Positions 44,681 to 54,348 of a stretch of DNA of 64,000 nt are shown here, in pieces; position 1 is the stretch's first letter, and each line of letters opens with the position of its first letter. Position numbers and translations under genes: made by a program. Location of the stretch: assembly GCA_963668355.1 (NCBI GenBank), contig OY764265.1, positions 2,272,001-2,336,000 of the forward strand, written 5' to 3'. The notes beneath the pieces are model-generated. The model did not search any database. It saw only the letters and a list, made by a program, of their open reading frames with translations, and was not told the DNA's origin. Source of the stretch: Bdellovibrionota bacterium. GTDB taxonomy: Bacteria; Bdellovibrionota_G; JALEGL01; DATDPG01.

Positions 44681-45202
44681 ATGAGACATCGAATGGAAAC
44701 GTCGACGTTTGGTCGACGAGCAGATCAGAGAAAAGCCTTAATGAGAGGTTTGGCTACGTCGCTTTTAGATAAGGGGCGGATTGAAACCACTTTAGTTCGG
44801 GCCAAGGAACTCCGAAAAGTCGTGGAACCTCTGATTACACTCGGAAAAAGAGGGGACTTGCATGCACGCCGACAGGCAGCATCTTATCTCTATGGGAAGC
44901 AGGTCGTTTCCAAGCTTTTTGGCGAAGTGGCGCAGCAGTTTAAAGATCGCCCTGGTGGCTACACGCGCATATATCAGGTGGGACAGCGTCGAGGCGACGG
45001 CGCAAAAATGGCTTTGATCGAACTGATTTCAGAAGAAAAAGCCAAAAAATCTTCGGCGAAAAAGTCTTCGAAGAAAAAGGCCGAGGGCAAAGAAAAAGCT
45101 CCCAAAAAAGAAGCCAAAAAGGCGGAGCCCAAAAAAGTTACGTCTTCAACCAAAAAGGCTGCCAAGAAAACAACAAAAAAAAGCACGAAGTCTGAAAAAT
45201 AA
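44681..45202 (+). CDS. rplQ: 50S ribosomal protein L17 with Lys/Ala-rich C-terminal tail
   Basis: [26 protein letters not shown]. Confidence 0.97.
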   Translation: MRHRMETSTFGRRADQRKALMRGLATSLLDKGRIETTLVRAKELRKVVEPLITLGKRGDLHARRQAASYLYGKQVVSKLFGEVAQQFKDRPGGYTRIYQVGQRRGDGAKMALIELISEEKAKKSSAKKSSKKKAEGKEKAPKKEAKKAEPKKVTSSTKKAAKKTTKKSTKSEK

Positions 45203-45206
45203 GACC

Positions 45207-45734
45207 TTGAAACTTTTTATAACGTTTTTTCTTTTTGTCGCTTTGGGCGTCGCAAATGTAAGTGCGGCATGCGAGGGGGCTGTAGGAATGGATGTTGGAA
45301 ACTGCGCTCCTGAATTTGTTCTCACGAAAAAAGATGGGAACCGCGTTCGCTTAGGCGAATTTTTGGGAAAGAAAGTCGTGTTTCTCCATTTTTGGGCAAC
45401 ATGGTGTCCGCCTTGCGAGGAAGAAATGCCCTCGATGGAAGCTCTTCACAAATCGGTTTCCGCTAAAAATTTTCAAATGTTTGTCGTGAGTATCGATGAG
45501 GATGGCTGGACCTCTGTCGATCCTTTTATCAAAAAAATGTTTATGGGAGAGGAGCCGAGTTTTTCGGTGTTTGTTGACCCCAAGAAGAAAGTGGCTTCGA
45601 AATATGGGACGTTCAAGGTTCCTGAAACGTTCGTCATTGATAAAACAGGGCGAATCGTAGATAAAATTCAGGGGACCAAAGAATGGCAAGATCCCATGAT
45701 CCACCATTATTTGGAACTTCTTGGGAGACAATGA
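45207..45734 (+). CDS. TlpA/ResA-family thiol-disulfide oxidoreductase
   Basis: Signal peptide, FWATWCPPC, VPETFVID. Confidence 0.9.
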   Translation: MKLFITFFLFVALGVANVSAACEGAVGMDVGNCAPEFVLTKKDGNRVRLGEFLGKKVVFLHFWATWCPPCEEEMPSMEALHKSVSAKNFQMFVVSIDEDGWTSVDPFIKKMFMGEEPSFSVFVDPKKKVASKYGTFKVPETFVIDKTGRIVDKIQGTKEWQDPMIHHYLELLGRQ

Positions 45735-45745
45735 TAGGCCCAAAA

Positions 45746-45773
45746 ACTTGGCCCTGCTATGCGTCGGCCAAGT
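45746..45773 (+). terminator. Hairpin after the ribosomal cluster and tlpA
   Basis: ACTTGGCC...GGCCAAGT 8-bp stem followed by an AT-rich tract. Confidence 0.35.
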
Positions 45774-45856
45774 AAATTTGTAGTTTCTTGCCCAGCCTAG
45801 ATCCTCTCACTTCCACGGTTGCCATAACAATTCTGACGTAATATGAACTGAATTCA

Positions 45857-46630
45857 ATGATTGTTACGCTCACCACTGATTTTGGGACAAAGGATGCGTA
45901 TGTTGCTTCGATGAAAGGTGTTATCTGTTCCATTGCCTCGCAGGCTAAGATTGTAGATATTTCTCATGAGATTCCGCCTCAAGATATATTGAAGGGCTCC
46001 TTGGTTTTGGAGGATTGTTTTGGGAGATTCCCCAAAGGAACGGTTCACGTGGCTGTGATTGATCCTGGTGTTGGAACTTCTCGAAAAGCTCTGATTGTAG
46101 AAGGTGGGGGGCATGTGTTTGTGGGGCCCGACAATGGGCTTTTCTCCTTTGCACGTCACTTGGAGGGGTTTCGAACGTGGAAAATTCGAGAAGATACGTG
46201 GCAGGGGTCTCGCAGTGCGACGTTTGATGGACGAGATCTTTTTGCTCCAATTGGAGCTAAAATTGCGAATGGAACCTCTCTCTCTGAGGTGGCTACGCGC
46301 CTAACCAAGATGGTGTTTTTGAACATGGCGACACCAAGCTATGGGGAACAGGAAAGCGTTGGAGAGGTGGTCGATATTGATCGTTTTGGAAATCTGGTTT
46401 CCAATCTGTTTGTTTCCAATTTGACAGGTGGGGCGGTGTCGGTTGATCTGGAAGGAAAAGAAATTGGATCCATTCAACGGACGTATAATGATGTTCCTCG
46501 AATGAATTTGTTGGCTCTTGAAAACAGCATGGGTCGTTTGGAAATCGCAGTGAGTCAAGGCTCGGCTCAGGAAGTTTTGAAGGCGAGTCGGGGAATGAAA
46601 GTTCGAGTAAGAAAGGTAGGCAATTCATGA
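45857..46630 (+). CDS. SAM hydrolase / SAM-dependent halogenase family protein (DUF62)
   Basis: TLTTDFG, VIDPGVGT.R, GPDNG, SATFDGRD, IDRFGN. Confidence 0.9.
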   Translation: MIVTLTTDFGTKDAYVASMKGVICSIASQAKIVDISHEIPPQDILKGSLVLEDCFGRFPKGTVHVAVIDPGVGTSRKALIVEGGGHVFVGPDNGLFSFARHLEGFRTWKIREDTWQGSRSATFDGRDLFAPIGAKIANGTSLSEVATRLTKMVFLNMATPSYGEQESVGEVVDIDRFGNLVSNLFVSNLTGGAVSVDLEGKEIGSIQRTYNDVPRMNLLALENSMGRLEIAVSQGSAQEVLKASRGMKVRVRKVGNS

Positions 46631-47553
46631 AACGCGTTTTTCTCTTTCCGGGACAAGGATCCCAGGTTGTGGGTATGGGTAAACAGGTGTTTGACCACTT
46701 TGATTTGGCCCAAAAAACGTTAAAAGAGGCCGATGAGGCCTTGGGAGAATCTCTTTCCCGAATGATTTTGGAAGGTCCCGAAGACGTTTTGAAGGAAACG
46801 GCCAATGCGCAACCTGCCATTTTGACGGTCAGTGTCGCTGTAGGCCGGGTCTTGTTTGAACACGGGATCAAACCGGAGGTCATGGCGGGACATAGCCTGG
46901 GTGAATATTCCGCTCTGGTGATGGCAAGTGCGTTACGCTTTGAAGATGCGGTTCGTTTGGTGCGGGCGCGGGGAAAGTTTATGCAAGAGGCGGTTCCTCT
47001 GGGCGTTGGAACGATGAGCGCCATTCTTGGGAGTGACCCAGAAGTGATTGAAGAAGTTTGTCGTGAGGTAACAGCTCAAGGAAAATTGGTGGAACCGGCC
47101 AATTACAATTGTCCGGGGCAATTGGTTATCAGTGGAACGATTGAAGGCGTTGCCCTAGCCTCGGAAGAACTTAAGGAAAAAGGTGTAAAACGAATCGTGC
47201 CGTTGAATGTCAGTGCGCCGTTTCATTGTTCGATGCTTGCTTCTGCGGCTGAAAAATTGAATAACGAGATGGAAAACGTGAAGTTCAATCATCCGGATAT
47301 TCCGTACGTCGCAAACGTGGATGCTCAAGTTGTGCGAACCAAAGAGGTCATTCGAGAGAAACTGGTGACGCAAGTGGCTAAACCGGTTCGCTGGAACCAA
47401 TCCTTGAACCGAATCCTCGAAGAGTTCCAACCGAACGAGATGGTTGAGGTGGGCTCTGGACAGGTGGTTTGTGGACATATGAAGAAGATTTCTCGAGAGC
47501 TTCCTAGGAAGCACACGGATACGTTTGAAGCCATTCAAGAATTGTTCGTGTAA
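46627..47553 (+). CDS. fabD: Malonyl-CoA-ACP transacylase
   Basis: FPGQGSQ, GHSLGEY, NYNCPGQ, SAPFH. Confidence 0.97.
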   Translation: MKRVFLFPGQGSQVVGMGKQVFDHFDLAQKTLKEADEALGESLSRMILEGPEDVLKETANAQPAILTVSVAVGRVLFEHGIKPEVMAGHSLGEYSALVMASALRFEDAVRLVRARGKFMQEAVPLGVGTMSAILGSDPEVIEEVCREVTAQGKLVEPANYNCPGQLVISGTIEGVALASEELKEKGVKRIVPLNVSAPFHCSMLASAAEKLNNEMENVKFNHPDIPYVANVDAQVVRTKEVIREKLVTQVAKPVRWNQSLNRILEEFQPNEMVEVGSGQVVCGHMKKISRELPRKHTDTFEAIQELFV

Positions 47554-47742
47554 AGATCCGCTTGTCAAAAAGATTTAGGAAGATTGAATCTTTACAACCC
47601 TTAGAGTATTGTTAAGTTAAGGTTGACAGTTTGTGTAGTGGTCGACATCAGTAAAAACTTGCGTTTAGCATGATTGCGTCCCAAAAATGGGGCGGAAGGG
47701 TCAGAACATATTCCTTTGGGGGCAAGGGAGGAAAGGAGCTTC

Positions 47743-48948
47743 ATGAATGACTTCGAAAGGAAGTCGGATGAGCAGTACAATGCCGTTCTGCGGGATGAAC
47801 AGGAACTGCAATCCAAGAAATTAGAGGAGATCGGTCAAGTCGCCGCGGCCATTGCCCATGATTTCAACAACCTTCTTTCCATTATTTTAAGCTTCTCTTC
47901 CTTCATCGCAGATGATGTACCGAAAAATTCGGCGACCTATGAGGATATTCATGAAATCAAGAAAGCAGCCGAAAGAGGGGCCGCTCTCACGCGCCAATTG
48001 CTGATCTTTAGCCGGAAAGAAGTGGTCAAACCTTCGGTCTTGAATCCCGAAGAGGTCTTGACGGGAATTGATCGACTGATTCGCAGTTCGATGCGGGAGA
48101 ATGTGGAATTCCTCATGAAGTTTCAATCGACGCCTTGGAATATTGAAGTAGACCCGGGGCAGTTTGAAATGGTGATCATGAATTTAGCCTTGAATGCGAG
48201 AGATGCTATGCCCAAAGGGGGGCGGTTTGTGGTCAAGGTTGAGAATATTTCGGTGGATGAAACCTTTGTGGGATCTAAATACGTCATGGAATCGGGAAAT
48301 TATGTGTTGCTTGAGTTCAGTGACACAGGTTGTGGCATGTCCAAAGAAGTGAGCCAACACGTTTTTGACCCTTTTTTCACGACCAAACCCAAGGGGAAGG
48401 GAACCGGGTTGGGACTGTCGACCGTGTACGGAATTGTCAAGCGTGCTCATGGGTACATAAAAGTGTATTCGGAGGAGAATGTAGGGACGACCTTCAAAAT
48501 TTATCTACCCGCAGTGGATCAAAGTCCCGCGAAAAGTTCTTCGGAAGAGGTTTCGGTTCGGGAAGGAAAAGGGAAAGAGACCATCCTGGTCGTGGAGGAT
48601 GAAACGCCCATTCGGCAGGCCATTCGAAGGGTCTTGGAAAAGAGGGGCTACAAAGTGTTGGAAGCCAAGAACGGCGTTCATGCTCTTTCGGTGACCAAAA
48701 ACTACTCTGAGAAAATCCACCTTTTGATTACCGACGTGATTATGCCTGAACTTTCCGGTCGAGACTTGGCGGAACGACTCTTGAAAGAAAGACCCGATAT
48801 GAACGTTCTCTATATTTCTGGGTACGATGGACATGTCATCGACTTCCATGGGTTTTTATATCAAGGGGCTTTGTTGCTCCAGAAACCCTTCACTCGTTCT
48901 GTATTGCTAGAAAAAGTAAAACAAGCCATCACAAGATCCGTTAACTAG
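47743..48948 (+). CDS. Hybrid histidine kinase (HisKA-HATPase-REC, CckA-like) with no sensor domain
   Basis: AHDFNNLL, NARDAM, DTGCGM, FFTTK..GTGLGL, C-terminal VVEDE...DVIMP...KPF; ATG 47743 after AGGAG. Confidence 0.9.
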   Translation: MNDFERKSDEQYNAVLRDEQELQSKKLEEIGQVAAAIAHDFNNLLSIILSFSSFIADDVPKNSATYEDIHEIKKAAERGAALTRQLLIFSRKEVVKPSVLNPEEVLTGIDRLIRSSMRENVEFLMKFQSTPWNIEVDPGQFEMVIMNLALNARDAMPKGGRFVVKVENISVDETFVGSKYVMESGNYVLLEFSDTGCGMSKEVSQHVFDPFFTTKPKGKGTGLGLSTVYGIVKRAHGYIKVYSEENVGTTFKIYLPAVDQSPAKSSSEEVSVREGKGKETILVVEDETPIRQAIRRVLEKRGYKVLEAKNGVHALSVTKNYSEKIHLLITDVIMPELSGRDLAERLLKERPDMNVLYISGYDGHVIDFHGFLYQGALLLQKPFTRSVLLEKVKQAITRSVN

Positions 48949-48952
48949 AGCT

Positions 48953-49420
48953 TTAAAGGGTTTTGGAAGGGGAGATCGTGTAGTTGGAATGTAAATCCTC
49001 AATGATCCCTCGGAGCTGTCCCTCTTGGTTGATCATCAATTCCCCGCGCCAACGGTCACTTCCAGTTCGGTTTGCAATCACCGTAAATCCCACTTCATCT
49101 GCACTTTCCACGCGATACACAAATGGACAGCTCCGACATGTTTGAAAACTTGCTTCCTGAATTTCTTTTCCCACCAAACCCTCTTTGGATAAAACCTGAA
49201 GGTTCGAACAAAATTGTTTGTTTTTTAACCAATAGATGCGTTGGGCTGCCCAAATGGTTTCCAAGTGGGCCGCAGCCAAATCCACCCGAGAAATTTCGAA
49301 AGTTCGTTGAAAACCCGGAATAACATATGAGGCGAAAATGGCGATCAATGTCACCACAACTGACAGTTCGACAAGTGTCCAACCTTTGTTTTTTTGGCTT
49401 TTGGGATGAAGCATTCTCAT
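48953..49420 (-). CDS. Type IV pilin-like protein (minor pilin/pseudopilin)
   Basis: Class III signal KG|WTLVE followed by a hydrophobic helix. Confidence 0.8.
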   Translation of the reverse strand: MRMLHPKSQKNKGWTLVELSVVVTLIAIFASYVIPGFQRTFEISRVDLAAAHLETIWAAQRIYWLKNKQFCSNLQVLSKEGLVGKEIQEASFQTCRSCPFVYRVESADEVGFTVIANRTGSDRWRGELMINQEGQLRGIIEDLHSNYTISPSKTL

Positions 49421-50508
49421 GCTCCTCCGCCTGCGGAGAGTTGAAACATGGGCAAATAAACGGAACCGAGAAGCCCCGCAACGGCCACACCCATAAATAT
49501 GACGATGATGGGTTCCAAGGCTCCTGTGACGGAAAGAAGCTTTCCCTCCACCTTCGATCCGTAGAAATCAGAAAGTTCGGCTAGGACGTCAGGTAAGTTT
49601 CCAGATTCTTCGCCAATGCGGACCATATTGGTGACCATCGGCGTGAAGAGGTACGTGTCCCCCAAGGAGTCCGAAAGGCCTCCTCCTGCGGCGACGCTTT
49701 TGGAAACCTCTCCGAACGTTTCATAGTAGATAAAATTGGATATAAACATTTCCTGGACCGTTGTGAGAGCTTCCATGAGGGGAGTACCGCTTTTTAGAAG
49801 GAGGCCTAGGTTTCCAGCAAATTTTTCCATGGTGATGAGAACCATCAGTTCCCCAACCCCCGGAATCATCATGATGAATTGACTGAACACCTTTCGCCCT
49901 TTTTCGGTGGAGATGTATTTCTTAATTAAGAAGGAAAGAATTATCAAAGAAAGGAGAATGTATGGTCCCTTGGACTGTACAAAGTCAGAAAAGGCCAGAA
50001 CATATTGCGTTATTTTGGGAAGCTCTCCACCCATATCATCAAAAAAGCCAGCGAAGGTGGGAATGACTTTCCACAACATAATGGTGACGGAGCTAACGGC
50101 TACGCCTAGTAGAATGACGGGATAGGTTAGGGCGGAGACGATTTTTCCCCGCATTTCTTTTTGCTTCTCAAGATGGAATCGGAGCTGCGTCAGGATAGAA
50201 CCCAACTGCCCTGTCAACTCTCCAACACGGATCATCTGCACCCAATGGCTTTTGAAAACCTTGGGATACTGCTCAGCTACTGCATACAACGACTGCCCTG
50301 CCGCAACACCTGCCGCAAGCTCCGACCCAATCTTTGAGAGCTTCACGCTTTCGTTTTGATCTCCAGCGAGAAGCAAAGCTTGTAGAATTGGCGTGCCCGA
50401 ATTCACGAGGGTCGCCAATTGTTGAAAAAACATGATCATGTCATCCGTTTTAATTCCTGGATGACGTTTAAGTTTCATGCGTACACGATATTTAGGACCC
50501 CGGGCCAT
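49417..50508 (-). CDS. PilC/GspF inner-membrane platform protein
   Basis: FFQQLATLVNSG, GELTGQL, ALTYP, GEESGNL, LEP..I, YLPMF. Confidence 0.92.
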   Translation of the reverse strand: MARGPKYRVRMKLKRHPGIKTDDMIMFFQQLATLVNSGTPILQALLLAGDQNESVKLSKIGSELAAGVAAGQSLYAVAEQYPKVFKSHWVQMIRVGELTGQLGSILTQLRFHLEKQKEMRGKIVSALTYPVILLGVAVSSVTIMLWKVIPTFAGFFDDMGGELPKITQYVLAFSDFVQSKGPYILLSLIILSFLIKKYISTEKGRKVFSQFIMMIPGVGELMVLITMEKFAGNLGLLLKSGTPLMEALTTVQEMFISNFIYYETFGEVSKSVAAGGGLSDSLGDTYLFTPMVTNMVRIGEESGNLPDVLAELSDFYGSKVEGKLLSVTGALEPIIVIFMGVAVAGLLGSVYLPMFQLSAGGGA

Positions 50509-52247
50509 TATTCTCCTCCTCCCATCAAGGAGATGAGTTCCTCAAGAGAGGTAATGCCCTCAAGAACCTTTTCCTTCGCTCCGGAAGCTAAGGAAAGCAT
50601 GCCTTGTTTTTCGGCTTCTTCTTTTAATTCAGGAATGGGGGCATTTTCCTGAATCATGTCTCGAAGTCCTGGGGTGTTAAACACGACTTCGAAGACACCT
50701 ACTCGTCCTTTGTAGCCCAAGTCTTTGCATTTTGGACACCCTTTGGCTCGATACAATGTTTGCCCTTGTTCGAGAGAAAATCGTTCAGCAGTTTCGGCAT
50801 CAACTTCGAAAGGTTCTTTGCAATCGGGACATAAACGACGAATGAGACGTTGCGCCTCGGCTAGACGAAGAACGGAAGCGATGACGAAGGGTTCGACCCC
50901 CATATCTTTTAAACGAGCGATGGAAGAAAGGGCGTCGTTCGTATGAAGGGTAGATAAGACCAAGTGGCCGGTTAATGCGGCTTTCATGCAAATTTGAGCC
51001 GTTTCATTGTCCCTAACTTCCCCCACCAAAATGATGTCGGGATCTTGTCGTAAAAAAGCCCGAAGGCCGGAGGCAAATGTGAGTCCGACATTGGCTCGGA
51101 CTTGGACTTGGTTGAGTCCCTCGACTTTGTATTCGACCGGATCTTCAATCGTTGAAATGTTGGTCTTGGGAGACTTTAGGAGATTCATGAGAGCATACAG
51201 GGTTGTGCTTTTTCCACTTCCTGTGGGTCCCGTGACCAAAATTAATCCGTTATGGTTGGAGGCCCCCTTCATGAAATCTTTGTATTGGCGCTCTGAAAAT
51301 CCCAACTCTTTCAGCTCAATATTGATGGCATCTTTTCGAAGAAGTCGCATGACGACTTTCTCGCCCCAGACCACGGGAACGGTGGAAACCCGCATATCAA
51401 TTTCTTGACCATTGTAACGGAGGGTAAAGGCTCCATCTTGCGGAATTCGTTTTTCAGCAATATCCATTTTACTCAAAATCTTGATTCTGGAAATTACGGA
51501 CATGAACATGGTTCGAGGAGGTGGTGTGATTTCATTCAAACGTCCGTCAATTCGAAATCGGATTTTGCACGTGTTTTGGAAGGGCTCCATATGAATATCT
51601 GAGGCTCCTTCGTCTACAGAGTCTTTTAAGATGTGATTCACAATCCGAAGGACCTGCGTATCTTTTCCCTCAGGTATGATTTTGTTTAGGTCCACCACTT
51701 CACTTTTTTCTTTTTCCTCTTCATCTTCATCATCTTCACCGTCTTCATGGGGCCCACTTCCTTCGGAAGAAATTTCAGCAACCACATCTCGACTTCCATA
51801 AAGTTCGTCCAGGATTTGATCAATGTCTGTTGCGACGCCAACATGAATTTGAAGGTTCTTGGATTGATAGAGGTGAAGCTCTTGAAGAGTGGGAATGTCA
51901 GAGGGATCAACGAGGGCGATGTTTAAAGTGTTTTCTTCAGAAGAGAGGGGAAGGACGTGTTGGTCCCGCAAGAGCTTTTCTGGAAATAGAGATCGTATCT
52001 CTTCGACCTTACTCAAATCAATTTCGTCACGTTTTAAAAGAGGCATCTCATAGTACTCTGAGTATAATTCCGCAATGATTTGTGCGTCCACCACTCCCGA
52101 TTGAATGGCCGCCATTTCAATGGTGAGATTTTGGCCCGATTGCAGTTGATATATTTTTTCCAAATCCTTCTCTTCAACCTTTTGGTTTTCTAAAAGAAGG
52201 TCGACGAGAACGGGCCTGGCTTTATCTTTGGCGGGTCGTGCCTGCAA
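50508..52247 (-). CDS. PilB/GspE assembly ATPase
   Basis: ASDIHMEP, GPTGSGKST, EDPVEY, LRQDPD, TGHLVLSTLH, CPDC/CPKC. Confidence 0.95.
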   Translation of the reverse strand: MQARPAKDKARPVLVDLLLENQKVEEKDLEKIYQLQSGQNLTIEMAAIQSGVVDAQIIAELYSEYYEMPLLKRDEIDLSKVEEIRSLFPEKLLRDQHVLPLSSEENTLNIALVDPSDIPTLQELHLYQSKNLQIHVGVATDIDQILDELYGSRDVVAEISSEGSGPHEDGEDDEDEEEKEKSEVVDLNKIIPEGKDTQVLRIVNHILKDSVDEGASDIHMEPFQNTCKIRFRIDGRLNEITPPPRTMFMSVISRIKILSKMDIAEKRIPQDGAFTLRYNGQEIDMRVSTVPVVWGEKVVMRLLRKDAINIELKELGFSERQYKDFMKGASNHNGLILVTGPTGSGKSTTLYALMNLLKSPKTNISTIEDPVEYKVEGLNQVQVRANVGLTFASGLRAFLRQDPDIILVGEVRDNETAQICMKAALTGHLVLSTLHTNDALSSIARLKDMGVEPFVIASVLRLAEAQRLIRRLCPDCKEPFEVDAETAERFSLEQGQTLYRAKGCPKCKDLGYKGRVGVFEVVFNTPGLRDMIQENAPIPELKEEAEKQGMLSLASGAKEKVLEGITSLEELISLMGGGE

Positions 52248-53865
52248 AATGGCCTCCTTTCTGTTTTCCCATATTGCCGAGGGTAATGACGCGAGGGGTG
52301 ATGAAGATCGTGACTTCGCTCAAATTCTTGGCTTTTTCTTTGCTCGTAAATAGGAGGCCAATGATGGGAATATGTCCCAATACCGGGACTTTTCGGGTGG
52401 TTTCGGATTCATTTTCAGAGACCAGGCCTCCAATCAGGACGGTGTCATTGTTTTGTACGGTAACCGAGGTGTTTACGGCACGGCTATGGGCATCTACGAA
52501 CTGGTCTGGAAAGAATTCCGAACTTTTCGGACGACTGATGGAGGCGTTGATGAGAAGGGTGACTAATTCGTCTGCATTGACTTGGGGGGTTACATCCAGA
52601 GATATTCCTGTGGGTTGTCGTTCGGCCGTGGCAACCAGAAGACCGTTCTGCGCGATGAGGGAGGCGCTTTCGACACCCACGGCTGTATCCGCCAGAATGG
52701 CAATTTGTGCCGGTCGGTTATTGAGTGTGACGATGCTTGGTTTTGCCAGAAATCTTCCCTTTCCTTCCACTTCAATCGCTCGCAATACGCCTTTAAATTC
52801 TTGCATGCTCAAAACCCCATAGCTGATTCCGGAAAGAGGGTCGTTTCCAAACTCCCCGATACTGGAGACGCTGGCTCCGGCGAGTTCGGCAGCACCTGGG
52901 AAAACACCTCCCCCAAGTGGCCCTTGAATCACACGAGATGGTCCTGTAACACTGGCGAGGGCCCCATCGGGTCCTCCCCAATCGATTCCCCGTTTCGAGT
53001 TGTCACTATTGTCTGACTCCACAATCTTCACATCGATCAAAATTTGGGGAGGCAATACATCGAGTTTTCGAATGGCCTTGGAAATTCTTGGAAAACGCTC
53101 GGGAACATCCGTTACAACCAGACTATTGGTAAAAGAGTCCACTTGAAGGCTTCCGTTAGCCGAAAGCATACTATTCACAATGGAAACAACTCCGGACGTG
53201 TTTCCGGCACCATCTCCTTTTTTGGAATCACCCGAGCTGCTACTGGAACTGCTTTTAAACGTAAATCCCGAACTTTTGCCACCCTTTTCGTCCTTCCCAC
53301 TTCGGGCGAGCTGAATGTATTTCAATTGAAAGACTTTCGTCGTGACCCGAGGGGAGGAGTCTTTTCGTTCCTTGACGACGTAAACATTGCTCTCGCCGAC
53401 TTGTTCGTAGACGAGGCCGTTAGCCGCTAAGAGCCCTTCCAGGGCCTCCTCTACGGTGACCTCTTTCATGAATGCCGTAAGTTTGATGTGACCGATGTTG
53501 CCACTTGTAATAAAGTTCAACTTGGTTTGTGCGGTTACGGCTCGAAGAACGCTATCCAAAGGTAAATTCTTAAGGTTGAGCGTAATGCGTTTTTCAACCT
53601 CCCGAGGCGTGGGGATAGGTGTGGGCGTGGGTTGAAATGAAGAAAACTTCGGTCTTTGAATTTGTTGTTTTTCTTGAAGATTTTTGCGTTTCTTTCGTAC
53701 CCATTTTCGACCATTTTTGTAGATGACATTGGGTCGGTTGGGTCGCTTCCATTCCCCACTTTTTTCATCTTGAACCTCAATGGTCGAAGGATCAATGGGG
53801 GAGTTCGGTAATGCCTTTGAGGGGAAAAGACAAATCAGGGGGAGAATGAAGATCCATCGTTTCAT
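52222..53865 (-). CDS. Secretin (PilQ/GspD family)
   Basis: Signal peptide, N0/STN-like domain, N3 with Ser/Gly insert, GISLDVTPQV, KVPVLGHIPIIGLLF. Confidence 0.92.
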   Translation of the reverse strand: MKRWIFILPLICLFPSKALPNSPIDPSTIEVQDEKSGEWKRPNRPNVIYKNGRKWVRKKRKNLQEKQQIQRPKFSSFQPTPTPIPTPREVEKRITLNLKNLPLDSVLRAVTAQTKLNFITSGNIGHIKLTAFMKEVTVEEALEGLLAANGLVYEQVGESNVYVVKERKDSSPRVTTKVFQLKYIQLARSGKDEKGGKSSGFTFKSSSSSSSGDSKKGDGAGNTSGVVSIVNSMLSANGSLQVDSFTNSLVVTDVPERFPRISKAIRKLDVLPPQILIDVKIVESDNSDNSKRGIDWGGPDGALASVTGPSRVIQGPLGGGVFPGAAELAGASVSSIGEFGNDPLSGISYGVLSMQEFKGVLRAIEVEGKGRFLAKPSIVTLNNRPAQIAILADTAVGVESASLIAQNGLLVATAERQPTGISLDVTPQVNADELVTLLINASISRPKSSEFFPDQFVDAHSRAVNTSVTVQNNDTVLIGGLVSENESETTRKVPVLGHIPIIGLLFTSKEKAKNLSEVTIFITPRVITLGNMGKQKGGHFAGTTRQR

Positions 53866-53868
53866 GTT

Positions 53869-54348
53869 TTACCCTTGCCCTTCCACGAGACCGACATCCT
53901 TCAAAGTCGGAATATGCAGATTGCGTTCATATTTCTTGCCATGAAAGTCAAAGACCACTTTTGTGGGTTGAATGGTGAGAATTTTTGCCCCTTTTATCGA
54001 TTCACCCACCTCATGAATTTCACCATTGATCGAAACGAGCATATTTGAATCCGTTCCTAGAATTCCGTCCAAACGCAGATATGGAAATCGCACAACCTGT
54101 TTCTTCTTGCCTTTCACTTTTCCTTTTTGGGATACAGCTAAGAAATCTCCACTCAAATCAAAGGGGTCCCGACTCACTTTGACATCTACCATCTCCGGAA
54201 GCTCAATTTTTGGTAGCAAAAGCGTTTTGTTTTTTGAAGCGCGTTGAGGGAGAACACCGAATAATCCCTGCCAGCAAAGATAGGCGAGCAAAACCAATGC
54301 CCCATAGAACACGACACGGTTTCCATCAAGATCCATAAGATTCTCCAT
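53869..54348 (-). CDS. PilP/GspC-like alignment protein
   Basis: TM, RDPF, LRLDGI...INGE...GESIKGAKILTI; immediately upstream of the secretin. Confidence 0.55.
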   Translation of the reverse strand: MENLMDLDGNRVVFYGALVLLAYLCWQGLFGVLPQRASKNKTLLLPKIELPEMVDVKVSRDPFDLSGDFLAVSQKGKVKGKKKQVVRFPYLRLDGILGTDSNMLVSINGEIHEVGESIKGAKILTIQPTKVVFDFHGKKYERNLHIPTLKDVGLVEGQG

